A DNA stretch of 64,000 nucleotides from Candidatus Latescibacterota bacterium. Lineage in GTDB: Bacteria > Latescibacterota > UBA2968 > UBA8231. Below the pieces are notes generated by a model that saw nothing but the letters and a program-made list of their open reading frames with translations, did no database searches and was not told the origin of the DNA. This document shows positions 20,609 to 30,921 of the stretch, one piece after another (position 1 is the stretch's first letter; the number at the start of each line of letters is the position of its first letter). The position numbers and the translations under genes were made by a program. The stretch is taken from positions 2,816,001 to 2,880,000 of the forward strand of contig OZ244561.1 in the NCBI GenBank assembly GCA_965217585.1, read 5' to 3'.

Positions 20609-21748
20609 ATGCTCTACGATCTGCTTCTCAAAGGCGGCACCCTAGTCGATCCAGCCCAGCAACTGCACGCGGTGCTAGACGTGGCTTTCGCCGACGGCAA
20701 AGTCGCCGCGGTCGGGGCCGACCTGCCCGCGGCCCAGGTGCGCCAAACGCTCGATGTCGCGGGCTACTTGGTGACCCCCGGCCTCATTGACCTGCACGTC
20801 CACGTGTACTACGGGGTCAGCCATTTTGGCGTCGAGCCTGATCCCACTTGCTTGGCCCGGGGCGTCACCACCGCAGTCGATGCTGGCTCGGCTGGTGCCG
20901 ATACCTTCCCCGGCTTTCGCAAATTCATCATCGACGTCAGCGCCACCCGCATCTTGGCCCAGCTCAACATCTCCTCGCAGGGCATGTTGACGAACGAAAT
21001 CGGCGAGTTCGAGATTCCCGAGTACGCAGACGTGGACAAAGCCTGCCGCATGATCGAACAACACCGCGACCTCATCTTGGGAGTCAAGGTGCGGCTCACC
21101 CGCAACAGCATCGTCAGCGAGCGCTCGGGGATGCTCCCCCTGCATCGAGCCCGCGAGGCTGCGGATGCGGCCGGTCTGCCCATTATGGTCCACCCCCAAG
21201 ACGCTTGGTGCGACAGCCTCGATGATGTGCTGGCCGTTATGAAACAGGGCGACATCCTCACCCATTGCTTCCACGGCATGAAGTGCGGCATCCTCGACGA
21301 GGCCGGCCAAGTGCGCCCTGCGGTACACGAGGCTGTGGAGCGAGGCGTGCTCTTTGATGTGGGGCACGGCGCTGGTTCCTTCTCTTGGGAGGTGACCGAG
21401 ACCGCTCTCAGTGCCGGCCTTGCGCCGCATACCATTTCCTCAGACCTGCATGTGTACAACCTCAACGGGCCGGTATATGACTTGGTCAACGTCGTATCCA
21501 AATTCCTCCATTTGGGCATGGACCTCGACACCGCTCTGGCCAAAGTCACTGCCGTGCCGGCCCAAGTCATTGGGATGCCGGACGAGATCGGCACCCTAGC
21601 GGTAGGTGCCTGGGGCGATGCCGTAGTGCTCGATGTGCGCCAAGGTCAGTTCCAGTTGGCCGATTCAGGCGGGGAGATACGCACTGGCCAACAGCAATTG
21701 GAACCGCTAATTGTGGTAAAAGGCGGCCGAATCTACCGCCAGTATTGA
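20609..21748 (+). CDS. Amidohydrolase/deacetylase family metallohydrolase (dihydroorotase-like)
   Basis: PGLIDLHVH, GVTTAVDAGS, THCF, DVGHG, ISSDLH. Confidence 0.88.
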   Translation: MLYDLLLKGGTLVDPAQQLHAVLDVAFADGKVAAVGADLPAAQVRQTLDVAGYLVTPGLIDLHVHVYYGVSHFGVEPDPTCLARGVTTAVDAGSAGADTFPGFRKFIIDVSATRILAQLNISSQGMLTNEIGEFEIPEYADVDKACRMIEQHRDLILGVKVRLTRNSIVSERSGMLPLHRAREAADAAGLPIMVHPQDAWCDSLDDVLAVMKQGDILTHCFHGMKCGILDEAGQVRPAVHEAVERGVLFDVGHGAGSFSWEVTETALSAGLAPHTISSDLHVYNLNGPVYDLVNVVSKFLHLGMDLDTALAKVTAVPAQVIGMPDEIGTLAVGAWGDAVVLDVRQGQFQLADSGGEIRTGQQQLEPLIVVKGGRIYRQY

Positions 21749-21860
21749 GAGACTGCTCGGGCCGACGCGCATACACGAGTTCATCAAGACGTCGGCATGT
21801 GCCGAGCGCTCGCACCGCGCATCGTACCCCCACGCCCGTTCCTTGATTGGGATACAGACC

Positions 21861-23808
21861 ATGAGCGCGAGATACTCATTTTTGGCAGCACTCGTCGCTG
21901 CTGTGGGCGCATTCGCAGGAGAAGAGACGGACGAACGGAAGATATACGAACTCCAAGAGATCACGGTGACCGGCTCCCGCATCAAAAGCGCGGAGACGCT
22001 CGCGCCCGCGCCGATCGTCGTCCTCTCAGCCGAGGAAATCAGGGCGCAGGGCTTGGCCTCCATTGGGGACGTGCTGCAAACGCTCACCGTGCAGTCCAAT
22101 GCGATCAATACCCAAGCCAACAATGGCGGCGATGGCTCTACCCGCGTCAGTCTGCGCGGCCTCGGTGCCCATCGCACCCTCGTGTTGGTCAATGGCCGTC
22201 GCTTCGTGCCGGGCGGGACGGGCGCGAATTCATCCGTTGACTTAAACGCCATTCCCGCCTCCGTCATCGAGCGAGTCGAGGTGCTCAAAGACGGAGCCTC
22301 GGTCGTCTATGGCTCGGACGCCATCGGCGGCGTGGTCAACATCATTACCAAGACCGCGATAGAAGGAGTAGAGATTGACTATTACGCGGGGACTGCGGGC
22401 GCGGGCGACGGCGAAGTCTTGGACCTCAGCGTAACCACCGGCCTACAAAGCGAAAAAGGCCACGTCGCCTTTGCGGCTGGCTACCACAACCGGCGGCCGG
22501 TTTGGACCGGCGACCGGAGTTTTAGCACGGTCAATAAGAATTACGACTGGGAAAAAAACGACGGCTCCTACGGCAAAAACGGCAGCTCGGCGACTCCGGA
22601 AGGCCACATCATTGACCGTTTGGGCGACGAGGGCAACGAAGCTTGGCAGGCGGTGGTTGCCGCGGCTGGCGAGCAGGCCGGGGATTACCACCGCGACCCG
22701 GAGGTTGGCTGGCGTCCCTTTAACTGGTCGGGGATCTCCTCGGACGGCAGCGGCGATATATACAACTACGAGCCGGAAAACTACCTCTACACCCCGCAGA
22801 CGCGCTACAACTCCTTCCTCGCCGGCTCCTATACCCTAGCAGCGGCAGCAAAGACGTATTTCGAGGTATCGTACACCAATAGATTCTACAGTGGAACCTG
22901 ACGGGGGAGGCCGCGTCCTTGCCGGCCGGCCCACTCGCCGTGGCGGCCGGTTTGTCTTCGCGCTGGGAAGCTGGGGCCTATCTTCCCGACCCCATGACTG
23001 CGTCGGGCAATACCACCGGCAGTAAGGCGACGCCCACCGACGGCGCGTACTCGGTCAAGGCGTTGTACGCGGAGGCCCAACTACCTCTGTACAAAGCAGG
23101 AGACGTGGGCCTCGGCGCAATCGCCGCCGGACGCACCTTCCACTACGATACGTTCGGCTCGGGCTTTACCTACGAACTCGGTACTCGCCTCGAACTCCCC
23201 CAAGGGCTGGCCGTGCGCGCCACCTCTTCCAATGCTTTTCGCGCCCCCAGCATCGCGGAACTCTTCCTCGGCACTAGCGATTCCTTCCCCCTCGTCAGCG
23301 ATCCTTGCAGTGTGGTCGATGAAGGGGGCAATCCCCGCGTGTTGACCGATCAACAAAAGCGCCATTGCGCCGCGCAAGGCATCCCCGCCGATTTTGAGGA
23401 CTCCCAGTCCCAACTGCGAACGAAGTTGGGCGGCAGCACCGATCTCGATCCGGAAAAGGCCACCATGCTGACCGCCGGATTGGTGTATCAGCCGCGCTTT
23501 CTAAAGGGATTTGATGTTACATTGGCGGCTTTGAGGAATGCGAGGACGACGACTGCAAGGGCATGTACCGCTCGGACGTAGAAGAAGTACCTCCAAGCCG
23601 CAAGGTCGATCCGCACAGCCTTTTCAATGTGCGTGGATCGTACGAACTGGGGACGACCCTTGGGCATTCCACACTGACCATTGGGATCAACAACCTGCTC
23701 GACCAGCCGCCGGCGGTGATCTTCAATGGGTTCCTCGGCACTTCTGATGCCAGTACCTACGACTTTATGGGCCGCTACCTATACGTGCGCCTGTCCCACG
23801 CTCGATAG
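21861..23808 (+). pseudogene. TonB-dependent receptor in three fragments (two internal deletions with frameshift)
   Basis: EITVTGSRI TonB box and plug motifs [43 protein letters not shown]; middle fragment AFRAPSIAELF; end NNLLDQPP...YDFMGRYLYVRL; frame breaks near 22885 and 23520. Confidence 0.8.
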
Positions 23809-23862
23809 GGCCTCACTTGTTGCGTTGGCCCTATCGAGACGGGGCAAGTGGACTGCTGACCG

Positions 23863-26514
23863 CTAATAGTCGTACGACAGTGAAAGGTGCCAGCGGCGTC
23901 CCAACCCGAGGAATACGTAAGCGCTTGCGGCGTCGTGGCTATTGCCGTCATCGGCATCGGACACGTAGCGTTCGTCGAGCAAATTGAAGACGTGCAGGCG
24001 CAGCTTCATATTGCTAAATGTGGCGCCGGGCAATGTGTACCCCGCGTGTAGATCCACCAGATTGTAATCTGGGAGTTTCCAGGACTGTGCTCGGTCGTCG
24101 GGATCGGTTCGGTTGGCGGGATCAAATTTGGCGTAGTGATCCATGAACCGCCGCAGACCCAGCGAGGCGTAGAGGCCGCGCGTGGGAAACACCGCACCGC
24201 TCAGGGCAAGGGTCTTTTGCGCCGCGTCGCCCACCTTTAGCCCTTTGGCATAGACTTGAAATTCGCCGATGGTCGATGGATCCTCTTCGGGTGAAAAGGT
24301 GGCATCGACATCGTTGAGCCATTCCCAATTGCCCAGCGACACCATGCCGCGCACCTCGAATTTGGCATGAGGCCGCGCCTTCAGATCGAACTCTACGCCC
24401 ATATGCTGCGCGTCAATGCCGTTCAGCAAAAATCGGAAGCTCTGTTCGAGCTCCTCGCTGTAAATGCTCTTAGGCCACGAGCGGTCTATCCAATTGGTGT
24501 AATAGAAGTTTGCATTTCCGGTAAACACGCCGCGTTTGAGATAACCGGCACCCAACTCAAAAGAAGCGACTTTTTCATTGAACGTGGGATCGTAGAGGCT
24601 GTTGTCGTAGTGGTAAACGGAGTCGAATATGGGCGCGGTTGAAAGCGAGCCTAAGTTGGCATACAGATTGATTGTGGGAGTGACGTTGTAGTTGCCACCC
24701 ACTTTCAGGGTGTAGCCTGGGAAGTTCTCCCACGCTGTCTGGTCCCAGTCGCCGTCGACCTTGGCGCGGAAATAGTCGATGCGCTTATAACCCGTTACCG
24801 ATCCCGATGTGCTCAAAAAGGCCGTAAAGTTGTTAAACTGCCCTTCGAGCTGTGCAAAGCCGCCACCCCAGCGCGTAAGACCATCGTTGTGGTAGGCAAC
24901 TCTGTCGCCGAGTCGCTTGATGGAGGTCGTGGCATTGTTATCCCAGTCAAAGACGTAGTAATCGGCACCGAGTAAATTGCGCACTTCGCGCCAATGCTGC
25001 CCTTTGTAATAGCGCAAATCCGTGCCAAAGGTCAGCTTGTAGATGTCGCTCAAACGGTATTCGGCCGTGCCCAAATACCCATACCAGAAATGCTGATTGA
25101 CCGAGTTGCGGACAATGGTCTGTGCCGCAATTTCATTGGCACCCACTTCGCCGGCAGCCACTAATGCGGAATCGGCTTGGGTATTCAACTCATCGGCCAC
25201 GCGTTGCCAGTTGATGCTACCATCGTCTAGCGTACCCGGATTGCTACCCAAACGCCCGGTGCCGCCGCCTTTCCCGCGCGAAAAATAGAATACATTGGAC
25301 AAAATGAATTGCGTGTTGGGGGTCCAGTACCAGTTCAAGTTGGCCTGGGGTTTGTGGTAATAATTTTCGCGCTCCATGATGATCGCGCTGTCGCGTGCAT
25401 CGTGGGTGTTGCCGTTGTAATACTCCTGATAGGACGAAAATGGCGAGCGCCCCCAGTTGGGATTGTAATTGACGCCGTAGTTTCTTGCGTCCGCAACGTC
25501 AATGCCTAGGGATTGGGCGTAATCGGCATCAAAGGTTGCAATGGATTGCTTGTAGAGACGGTGCCCGTGGCGCTGTGGTGCGCCGGTGACAAACAGATCA
25601 ATTTTGTGTGTGTCGGAGGCCAAAAAGCTCAACGCACCAAAATAGGCCCACGCTGAGGACCACGCCTGAGCGGGCAAGCCCTCGCCGCTTTTGCGCGCCA
25701 TGCCCAGCGTGAAAGCCGTTTTTTTATTTATCAAACCCGATGAAAAATTGAGCGTGGTTTTGTAAAAGGCGTTGTTCCCGGCTTCCTGTTTTATTTTCCA
25801 GCCGCGCTGTTGACGGGCAATATCGGTGATAATGTTCAGCGTGCCTCCCACCGAGGCAATCGCCAGATTGGAGGCCCCCAATCCGCGCTGCACCTGCATT
25901 GACGACGCGACATCGCTCAGCCCATCCCAGTTGGACCAATAGACCCAGCCGTTTTCCATATCGTTGACCGGTACGCCGTTGATCATGACGGCGACGTTGC
26001 GCTGGTCGAAGCCCCGCACATTGATGCGGGAGTCGCCGGCTCCCCCGCCCTGCGCGGTCGCATACACTCCCGGCGTATCATTTAAAATCAGCGGCAGATC
26101 GCGCGAGCCGAGTTTGCGCTGCATATCGGCTTTGAGCACATCGGAAAAAGCAACGGGTGTTTCGCGCAATTTGGCCCGATCGGCGACGATGATGATTTCT
26201 TTGCCGCGAAATATCTCGGGCATAAGCTCGACGAACAATTCGGCCGCATCCGCTCCGACGACAACGGGACTGCGATGTTCTTTGTAGCCCATAAAACTCA
26301 CGACGAGCGTGTGGCTGCCTGCGCCGACATTGGCGATTACAAATTGTCCATCGAGATCTGTAGAAGCTCCTCGCCTAGCACCTTCTATATATACGTTGGC
26401 ACCCGGCAGTGATTCGCCGGTCTCGGCATCGCGCACTGTGCCTTTTAACTCGGCGGCAGACAGAGCTGAATGGGCGAGGAATAAGAGAGAAAAAAGCGTG
26501 AGCATTGGCTTCAT
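23863..26514 (-). CDS. TonB-dependent receptor with N-terminal carboxypeptidase-regulatory-like domain
   Basis: Signal peptide, GTVRDAETGESLPGANV, RINVRGFDQRNVAVMINGVPVND, FNLLDERY, C-terminal aromatic residue. Confidence 0.9.
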   Translation of the reverse strand: MKPMLTLFSLLFLAHSALSAAELKGTVRDAETGESLPGANVYIEGARRGASTDLDGQFVIANVGAGSHTLVVSFMGYKEHRSPVVVGADAAELFVELMPEIFRGKEIIIVADRAKLRETPVAFSDVLKADMQRKLGSRDLPLILNDTPGVYATAQGGGAGDSRINVRGFDQRNVAVMINGVPVNDMENGWVYWSNWDGLSDVASSMQVQRGLGASNLAIASVGGTLNIITDIARQQRGWKIKQEAGNNAFYKTTLNFSSGLINKKTAFTLGMARKSGEGLPAQAWSSAWAYFGALSFLASDTHKIDLFVTGAPQRHGHRLYKQSIATFDADYAQSLGIDVADARNYGVNYNPNWGRSPFSSYQEYYNGNTHDARDSAIIMERENYYHKPQANLNWYWTPNTQFILSNVFYFSRGKGGGTGRLGSNPGTLDDGSINWQRVADELNTQADSALVAAGEVGANEIAAQTIVRNSVNQHFWYGYLGTAEYRLSDIYKLTFGTDLRYYKGQHWREVRNLLGADYYVFDWDNNATTSIKRLGDRVAYHNDGLTRWGGGFAQLEGQFNNFTAFLSTSGSVTGYKRIDYFRAKVDGDWDQTAWENFPGYTLKVGGNYNVTPTINLYANLGSLSTAPIFDSVYHYDNSLYDPTFNEKVASFELGAGYLKRGVFTGNANFYYTNWIDRSWPKSIYSEELEQSFRFLLNGIDAQHMGVEFDLKARPHAKFEVRGMVSLGNWEWLNDVDATFSPEEDPSTIGEFQVYAKGLKVGDAAQKTLALSGAVFPTRGLYASLGLRRFMDHYAKFDPANRTDPDDRAQSWKLPDYNLVDLHAGYTLPGATFSNMKLRLHVFNLLDERYVSDADDGNSHDAASAYVFLGLGRRWHLSLSYDY

Positions 26515-26607
26515 AAGACACCTCCGTGGGGGGAATGGGGACGCAGCAGTGCGTTAGAGTATTAATGAGGTGATGATACTCTCCAATATTCTCGCTCTCG
26601 ATTGATG

Positions 26608-26675
26608 ATATATAATTTTTATATAAAATTTAATTAATATATATTTAATTTAATGAATCGCTGGTGCTCCGTCAA
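26608..26675 (-). promoter_or_regulatory. Sigma70-like promoter and AT-only operator region of the TBDR
   Basis: Minus strand TTGACG (26675-26670), 17 nt, TAAATT (26652-26647); A/T-only run 26608-26654 containing palindrome TTTTATATAAAA. Confidence 0.55.
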
Positions 26676-26823
26676 GCTCCGTCGCCGTTCGGGGTAGCGA
26701 TACTGCCTAGCGACAGCATGCGTCGAGCGCTCACATCGCGTAGCGTCGCATGCTCGTTCCTTGATTGACTCTCGATCAGGCCCTTTATTTGCGCTATGCG
26801 AAACCATGATGGAGAGAAAGCCG

Positions 26824-27051
26824 ATGAACTGGCGAGACTACATTACCGTTGATCCCGAAATATGCCATGGGAGAGCCTGCTTCAAGGGCACCCGAGTATT
26901 GGTGTCCACGGTCCTCGACAACCTCGCGGCTGGATTGGATTCAGACGAAATCACGACAAGCTACCCGTCGATTTCCCATGAGTCCGTCCAAGCGGCGGTG
27001 GGCTATGCTGCGGAGTTGGCCAAGGACCGGGTAGTCTCGTTGTCTGGATAG
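26824..27051 (+). CDS. DUF433 family protein (putative antitoxin)
   Basis: ITVDPEICHGRACFKGTRVLVSTVLDNLAAG...YP. Confidence 0.85.
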   Translation: MNWRDYITVDPEICHGRACFKGTRVLVSTVLDNLAAGLDSDEITTSYPSISHESVQAAVGYAAELAKDRVVSLSG

Positions 27052-27057
27052 GAGCTA

Positions 27058-27354
27058 ATGCGATTCAAACTAGACGAGAACTTGCCTCAACTTTTGGAAG
27101 ATAACGACGAAGAGGCCGTGAACATCTTTGAGACTGACTGGTATCGGAATGTCAAATCGAAGATGACGCCGGGTGACAATCTGAGGATCTACCGGGAGAA
27201 TCGCGGTTTGACTCAGGCCAAGTTGGGTGAGATGCTTGGCGATGTCCCTCGTCAGCATATCTCAAACATGGAGAGAGGGGTACGGTCGATTAGCTTAAAA
27301 ACAGCCCGGAAATTGGCCGCGCTATTTAAGGTATCCCCTGAGAAATTCATTTGA
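27058..27354 (+). CDS. Chimeric ORF: DUF5615/PIN-like N-terminus fused to an XRE HTH
   Basis: MRFKLDENLP followed by TPGDNLRIYRENRGLTQAKLGEMLG..RQHISNMERG. Confidence 0.65.
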   Translation: MRFKLDENLPQLLEDNDEEAVNIFETDWYRNVKSKMTPGDNLRIYRENRGLTQAKLGEMLGDVPRQHISNMERGVRSISLKTARKLAALFKVSPEKFI

Positions 27355-27460
27355 ACACTGAAATTGTCGATACTCTCCAATATCCTCGCCCACCATCGAA
27401 ACGGTCCATTCGCAGTGAAGTAGAACTGCGAATGCTCTACGACCGTACTCGCTAATCCCC

Positions 27461-28816
27461 TCAAAACCGCAACGCGAACACCGTCCGCACTCCCGGTTCC
27501 GAGCGGGCGGAGATGGCCCCTCGGTGGAGCCGCATGATCTGGCGGCACAGGCTCAGCCCAATGCCGGAGCCATCCCGTTTGGTCGTAAAAAAGGGAATGA
27601 ACACCTTGCCGAGCGCTTCTTCGACGATGCCCGCCCCATTGTCCGCGACCTCGACGACGACCTTGTCGTGCGCCAGGTGCGCGGTCAAGTCAACGCGGCC
27701 CCCGGCGCGGCCGGCAGTAGCTTCGCGGGCATTGCTCAGTAGGTTGATGAGGATCTGCTCGACTTGCTCGGGGTCGGCGGTCAATTCGAGGCTGGGGGGA
27801 TTGACCTCGGTATGCAACTCGACCGCAGACTCGGCGAATTGGGACCGCATTAGCTGCTCCACTCGGGCGAATAGACCAGCCACCGGGACGATCTCAAAGG
27901 ACGGCGCTGGTACGCGAGTGAGGTCGCGGTAGGCTTCGACGAAGTGCAGCAGGCCCTCGCTGCGGCGCTGGATGGTGCTCACCGCGATGCGGATGTCTGC
28001 GGTGGTCTCGGCATCGAGGACATCGTCTTTTAGCATTCCGTCTGCGGTGGCGGCCAGCGAAGCAATGGGGGTGATGGAATTCATGATCTCGTGGGTGAGC
28101 ACGCGGATCAGGTTTTGCCAAGCCTCCATTTCTTTTTCGTCGAGGTCGGGGCCAATGTCGTGGAGGGCCACTAGGGTGTGCTGGCGGTCGCCTATATGGA
28201 ACACTGATGCGTGCAGGGCGAGTCGGACCTCTTCCAAACTCACTAGGTCGCGGCCTCGAGGACCGAGGCTTTGCAGGGTGGTGGTTAGGATGGGATTGAC
28301 GCGGTCTAGATCGGCGATGTGGCCCAAGCGGGGCACCCCCAAAAGGCGCTTGGCCGCGTTGTTGATCAGCGACACCTCGCCAGCGTTGTCGAACACAATC
28401 AAGCCGACGCCAATGTGCTGCACCACGGTTTGCAGGTAGCGCCCTTGTTCCTCCTTCTCGGCCCGCGCTTGGCGAAAGGCGTCGAGGACCTCGTTGAACG
28501 CGGTCTTGAGTTCGTCGAAAGAGGAGCCGAGGCCGCCGGTGACAAAGGTCTGCGAAAAGTCGGCGTAGCGGATGGCAGCCAAAAAACGCGCTAAATCGCG
28601 GTTGGTGCGCTCGACGTAGTGAACGAGGGAGTAGAGTTGGTAGAGCAGGACGAAGCCGACGACGATGGGGACGGCCGGATGGTTCATTCTTTCTACTACT
28701 ATTATATAGAACAGCAGCCACAAAGTGGCACCGAGGAAGGCGACGCGCAGCACGACCCGCGTGCGGAAAGCGCGGTACCCTTGTATTAGGCGATGTAGGA
28801 CTCCATCAGAGGCCAT
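27461..28816 (-). CDS. Sensor histidine kinase (PAS, NtrY/NtrB-like)
   Basis: Two N-terminal TM segments, LTHEIMNSITPI H-box, NLLSNA, DNGAG, FFTTK, GSGIGL. Confidence 0.92.
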   Translation of the reverse strand: MASDGVLHRLIQGYRAFRTRVVLRVAFLGATLWLLFYIIVVERMNHPAVPIVVGFVLLYQLYSLVHYVERTNRDLARFLAAIRYADFSQTFVTGGLGSSFDELKTAFNEVLDAFRQARAEKEEQGRYLQTVVQHIGVGLIVFDNAGEVSLINNAAKRLLGVPRLGHIADLDRVNPILTTTLQSLGPRGRDLVSLEEVRLALHASVFHIGDRQHTLVALHDIGPDLDEKEMEAWQNLIRVLTHEIMNSITPIASLAATADGMLKDDVLDAETTADIRIAVSTIQRRSEGLLHFVEAYRDLTRVPAPSFEIVPVAGLFARVEQLMRSQFAESAVELHTEVNPPSLELTADPEQVEQILINLLSNAREATAGRAGGRVDLTAHLAHDKVVVEVADNGAGIVEEALGKVFIPFFTTKRDGSGIGLSLCRQIMRLHRGAISARSEPGVRTVFALRF

Positions 28817-30182
28817 ACTTCTCCATGCGGCGATAGAGAGCCGTGCGGGTCAATCCGAGTTCCCGCGCAGTTTGGCTGACGTTGCCTTGGTGCCTGCGCA
28901 GCACGCGGGCGATGACCTCTTGCTCGACGTCTTCGAGGTTGTAGCTGTCAAAGGCGACAGCCTCCTCGGATGATGGGGTCGCAGTCAGCAGGAAATCGTC
29001 TGCGGTTAATCGGTTCCCTTCGCTCATAATGACGGCGCGCTCCACCGCGTGCTGCAATTCCCGCACATTACCCGGCCAGGCGTACGCGCGTAAGTGGGCG
29101 AGCGCCTCGGCGGTCAGACTGGTCAGAGCCTTGCGGTATTTGGTCCGGTACAGGCCGAGGAAGTGACGGGCCAACAGCGCGATGTCCTCGGGGCGCTCGC
29201 GCAGGGGGGGTAGGTGGATTTCCACGGTGTTGATGCGGTAGAGGAGGTCTTGGCGGAAGGTGCCGGCTGTGGCCATTTCGTGGATGGGCTGATTGGTGGC
29301 GCATATGAGGCGCACATCCACGGACACGGGCTGGTTGGCGCCGACGCGGACGACCTGCTGGTTTTGCAGGACCGCGAGCAGCTTGACCTGCAAAACCAGC
29401 GGCAGGTTGCCGATCTCGTCGAGGAATAGGGTGCCCCCGGAGGCGATTTCAAAGCGGCCGGCGCGGTCGCTGCGGGCGTCGGTGAAGGCGCCTTTGACGT
29501 GGCCGAAGAGTTCGCTCTCGAACAGGGTTTCGCTCAGGGAACCCATATCGACGGCGATGAAGACTTCGTCGGCGCGCGCCGAGCGGCGGTGAACCTCGCG
29601 CGCCACCAGTTCCTTGCCCGTGCCGTTCTCGCCGAGGATGAGGACACTGGCGTCGGTGGCGGCCACCTTGGCCATTGTCTGGAAAACCTCCTGTAGAATT
29701 GGGGCCTCGCCGATGAGGTCGCCAAAGGGCTGGTCGAGGTCTGCGGACAGCCGCTGCTGGCGGGAGCGGAGGTGGTGGGCTTCCCGGCGCGAGCGGTGCA
29801 ATTCCACGGCCGCGGACACGGTGGCGAGCAGCTTCTCGTTCTGCCAGGGTTTGAGCACAAAATCGACGGCCCCCTCCTTGACGGCGCGCACGGCCATTTC
29901 GACGTCGCCGTATGCGGTGATCAGCAAGACGACGGCGGTCGGGTCCAGGTCGCGGATTTGCTGGAGCCAGTAGAAGCCCTCCCGGCCGCTGGTCGCCTCC
30001 TGAGTGAAGTTCATGTCGAGGAGGACGACTGCCGGCGACTCCTGTTTGAGGGCGCTGGGAATGGCTTGGGGATCGGTCTCGGTGCGGACTTGGTAGCCCT
30101 GCTGCTTGAGGAGCAAGCGGGCGGCGACGAGGACGTCTTGGTTGTCGTCCACGACGAGGATGCGGGCGGCTTCAGCAGACAT
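28806..30182 (-). CDS. Sigma54-dependent response regulator (NtrC family)
   Basis: Receiver domain, GENGTGKE, ESELFGHVKGAFTDA, WPGNVREL, Fis-type HTH; start may be 30197. Confidence 0.93.
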   Translation of the reverse strand: MSAEAARILVVDDNQDVLVAARLLLKQQGYQVRTETDPQAIPSALKQESPAVVLLDMNFTQEATSGREGFYWLQQIRDLDPTAVVLLITAYGDVEMAVRAVKEGAVDFVLKPWQNEKLLATVSAAVELHRSRREAHHLRSRQQRLSADLDQPFGDLIGEAPILQEVFQTMAKVAATDASVLILGENGTGKELVAREVHRRSARADEVFIAVDMGSLSETLFESELFGHVKGAFTDARSDRAGRFEIASGGTLFLDEIGNLPLVLQVKLLAVLQNQQVVRVGANQPVSVDVRLICATNQPIHEMATAGTFRQDLLYRINTVEIHLPPLRERPEDIALLARHFLGLYRTKYRKALTSLTAEALAHLRAYAWPGNVRELQHAVERAVIMSEGNRLTADDFLLTATPSSEEAVAFDSYNLEDVEQEVIARVLRRHQGNVSQTARELGLTRTALYRRMEKYGL

Positions 30183-30248
30183 GGGAGTCGCTTTCAAGTG
30201 TACCGCCAGCGGATAGTGGCGATGGGCCGGCGAGGAGGGTGATTCGAC

Positions 30249-30656
30249 TCATGTCAACTTGAATGGATCCAGTATTTCCACACCGAGTTGGGCAAAATCG
30301 TCGACGTTGCGGGTCACGACGATCAGTCTGTGAACCACGGCGGTCGCCGCGATCAGGGCGTCTTCCATCAAGGTGTCCGACCGCTTGTGCTTGAGCCGGG
30401 CCCACACTCGAAAGGTCGCCGCGTCCACCGACAATATGTTGTAGGAGTCGAGCACCCGGCTGAGCCAGACTTCCAGTTCTTCCGCCTTGGTGGAATCCTG
30501 CTCGCGGGTGATCTCGATGCCTGCCTGAATCTCGCCTACAGTCACCGCGGAAAGGAAAAGCTGCTCGGCGGCTACTCCCGAGAGCCAGTTTAGGACGCTC
30601 TGATGAGGTTTGGGGCGGCGTAGTTCCGAAACGACATTGGTATCGAGAAGATACAC
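30249..30656 (-). CDS. vapC: VapC/PIN toxin
   Basis: YLLDTNVVSELR, DALIAATA, VTRNVDDF. Confidence 0.9.
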   Translation of the reverse strand: MYLLDTNVVSELRRPKPHQSVLNWLSGVAAEQLFLSAVTVGEIQAGIEITREQDSTKAEELEVWLSRVLDSYNILSVDAATFRVWARLKHKRSDTLMEDALIAATAVVHRLIVVTRNVDDFAQLGVEILDPFKLT

Positions 30657-30660
30657 CAGT

Positions 30661-30921
30661 TTACTCGAAGTTCAGTGACCTGCGGTGACGGCGTTTCTCT
30701 CGCGGTGGTGTCAGGGCATCGGTCCGCGCTTCGGGCGAGAGCAGCAGTTCCTTAAGATTGGGCTTGGTCATCTGCTCTAATCGCCGCCACTGAGCAATTG
30801 GTACTAGAACCGCCGCCTCCACCCCCCGTTTGGTCACGATTTGCGGCCCTTCGGCAAGGCTCGTTTCAAGGAATTCGCTGAACCGCGCCTTCGCGTCCTG
30901 TACCTGCCATGTTTTGCTCAT
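30661..30921 (-). CDS. Phd/YefM family antitoxin
   Basis: MSKTWQVQDAKARFSE...GPQIVTKRGVEAAVLV. Confidence 0.88.
   Translation of the reverse strand: MSKTWQVQDAKARFSEFLETSLAEGPQIVTKRGVEAAVLVPIAQWRRLEQMTKPNLKELLLSPEARTDALTPPREKRRHRRSLNFE

Noticed and set aside
21755-21807. Riboswitch (cobalamin/TPP) before the decayed TBDR
   Set aside because: Only a simple interrupted hairpin without B12-box or TPP consensus; it overlaps the direct repeat reported as a finding.
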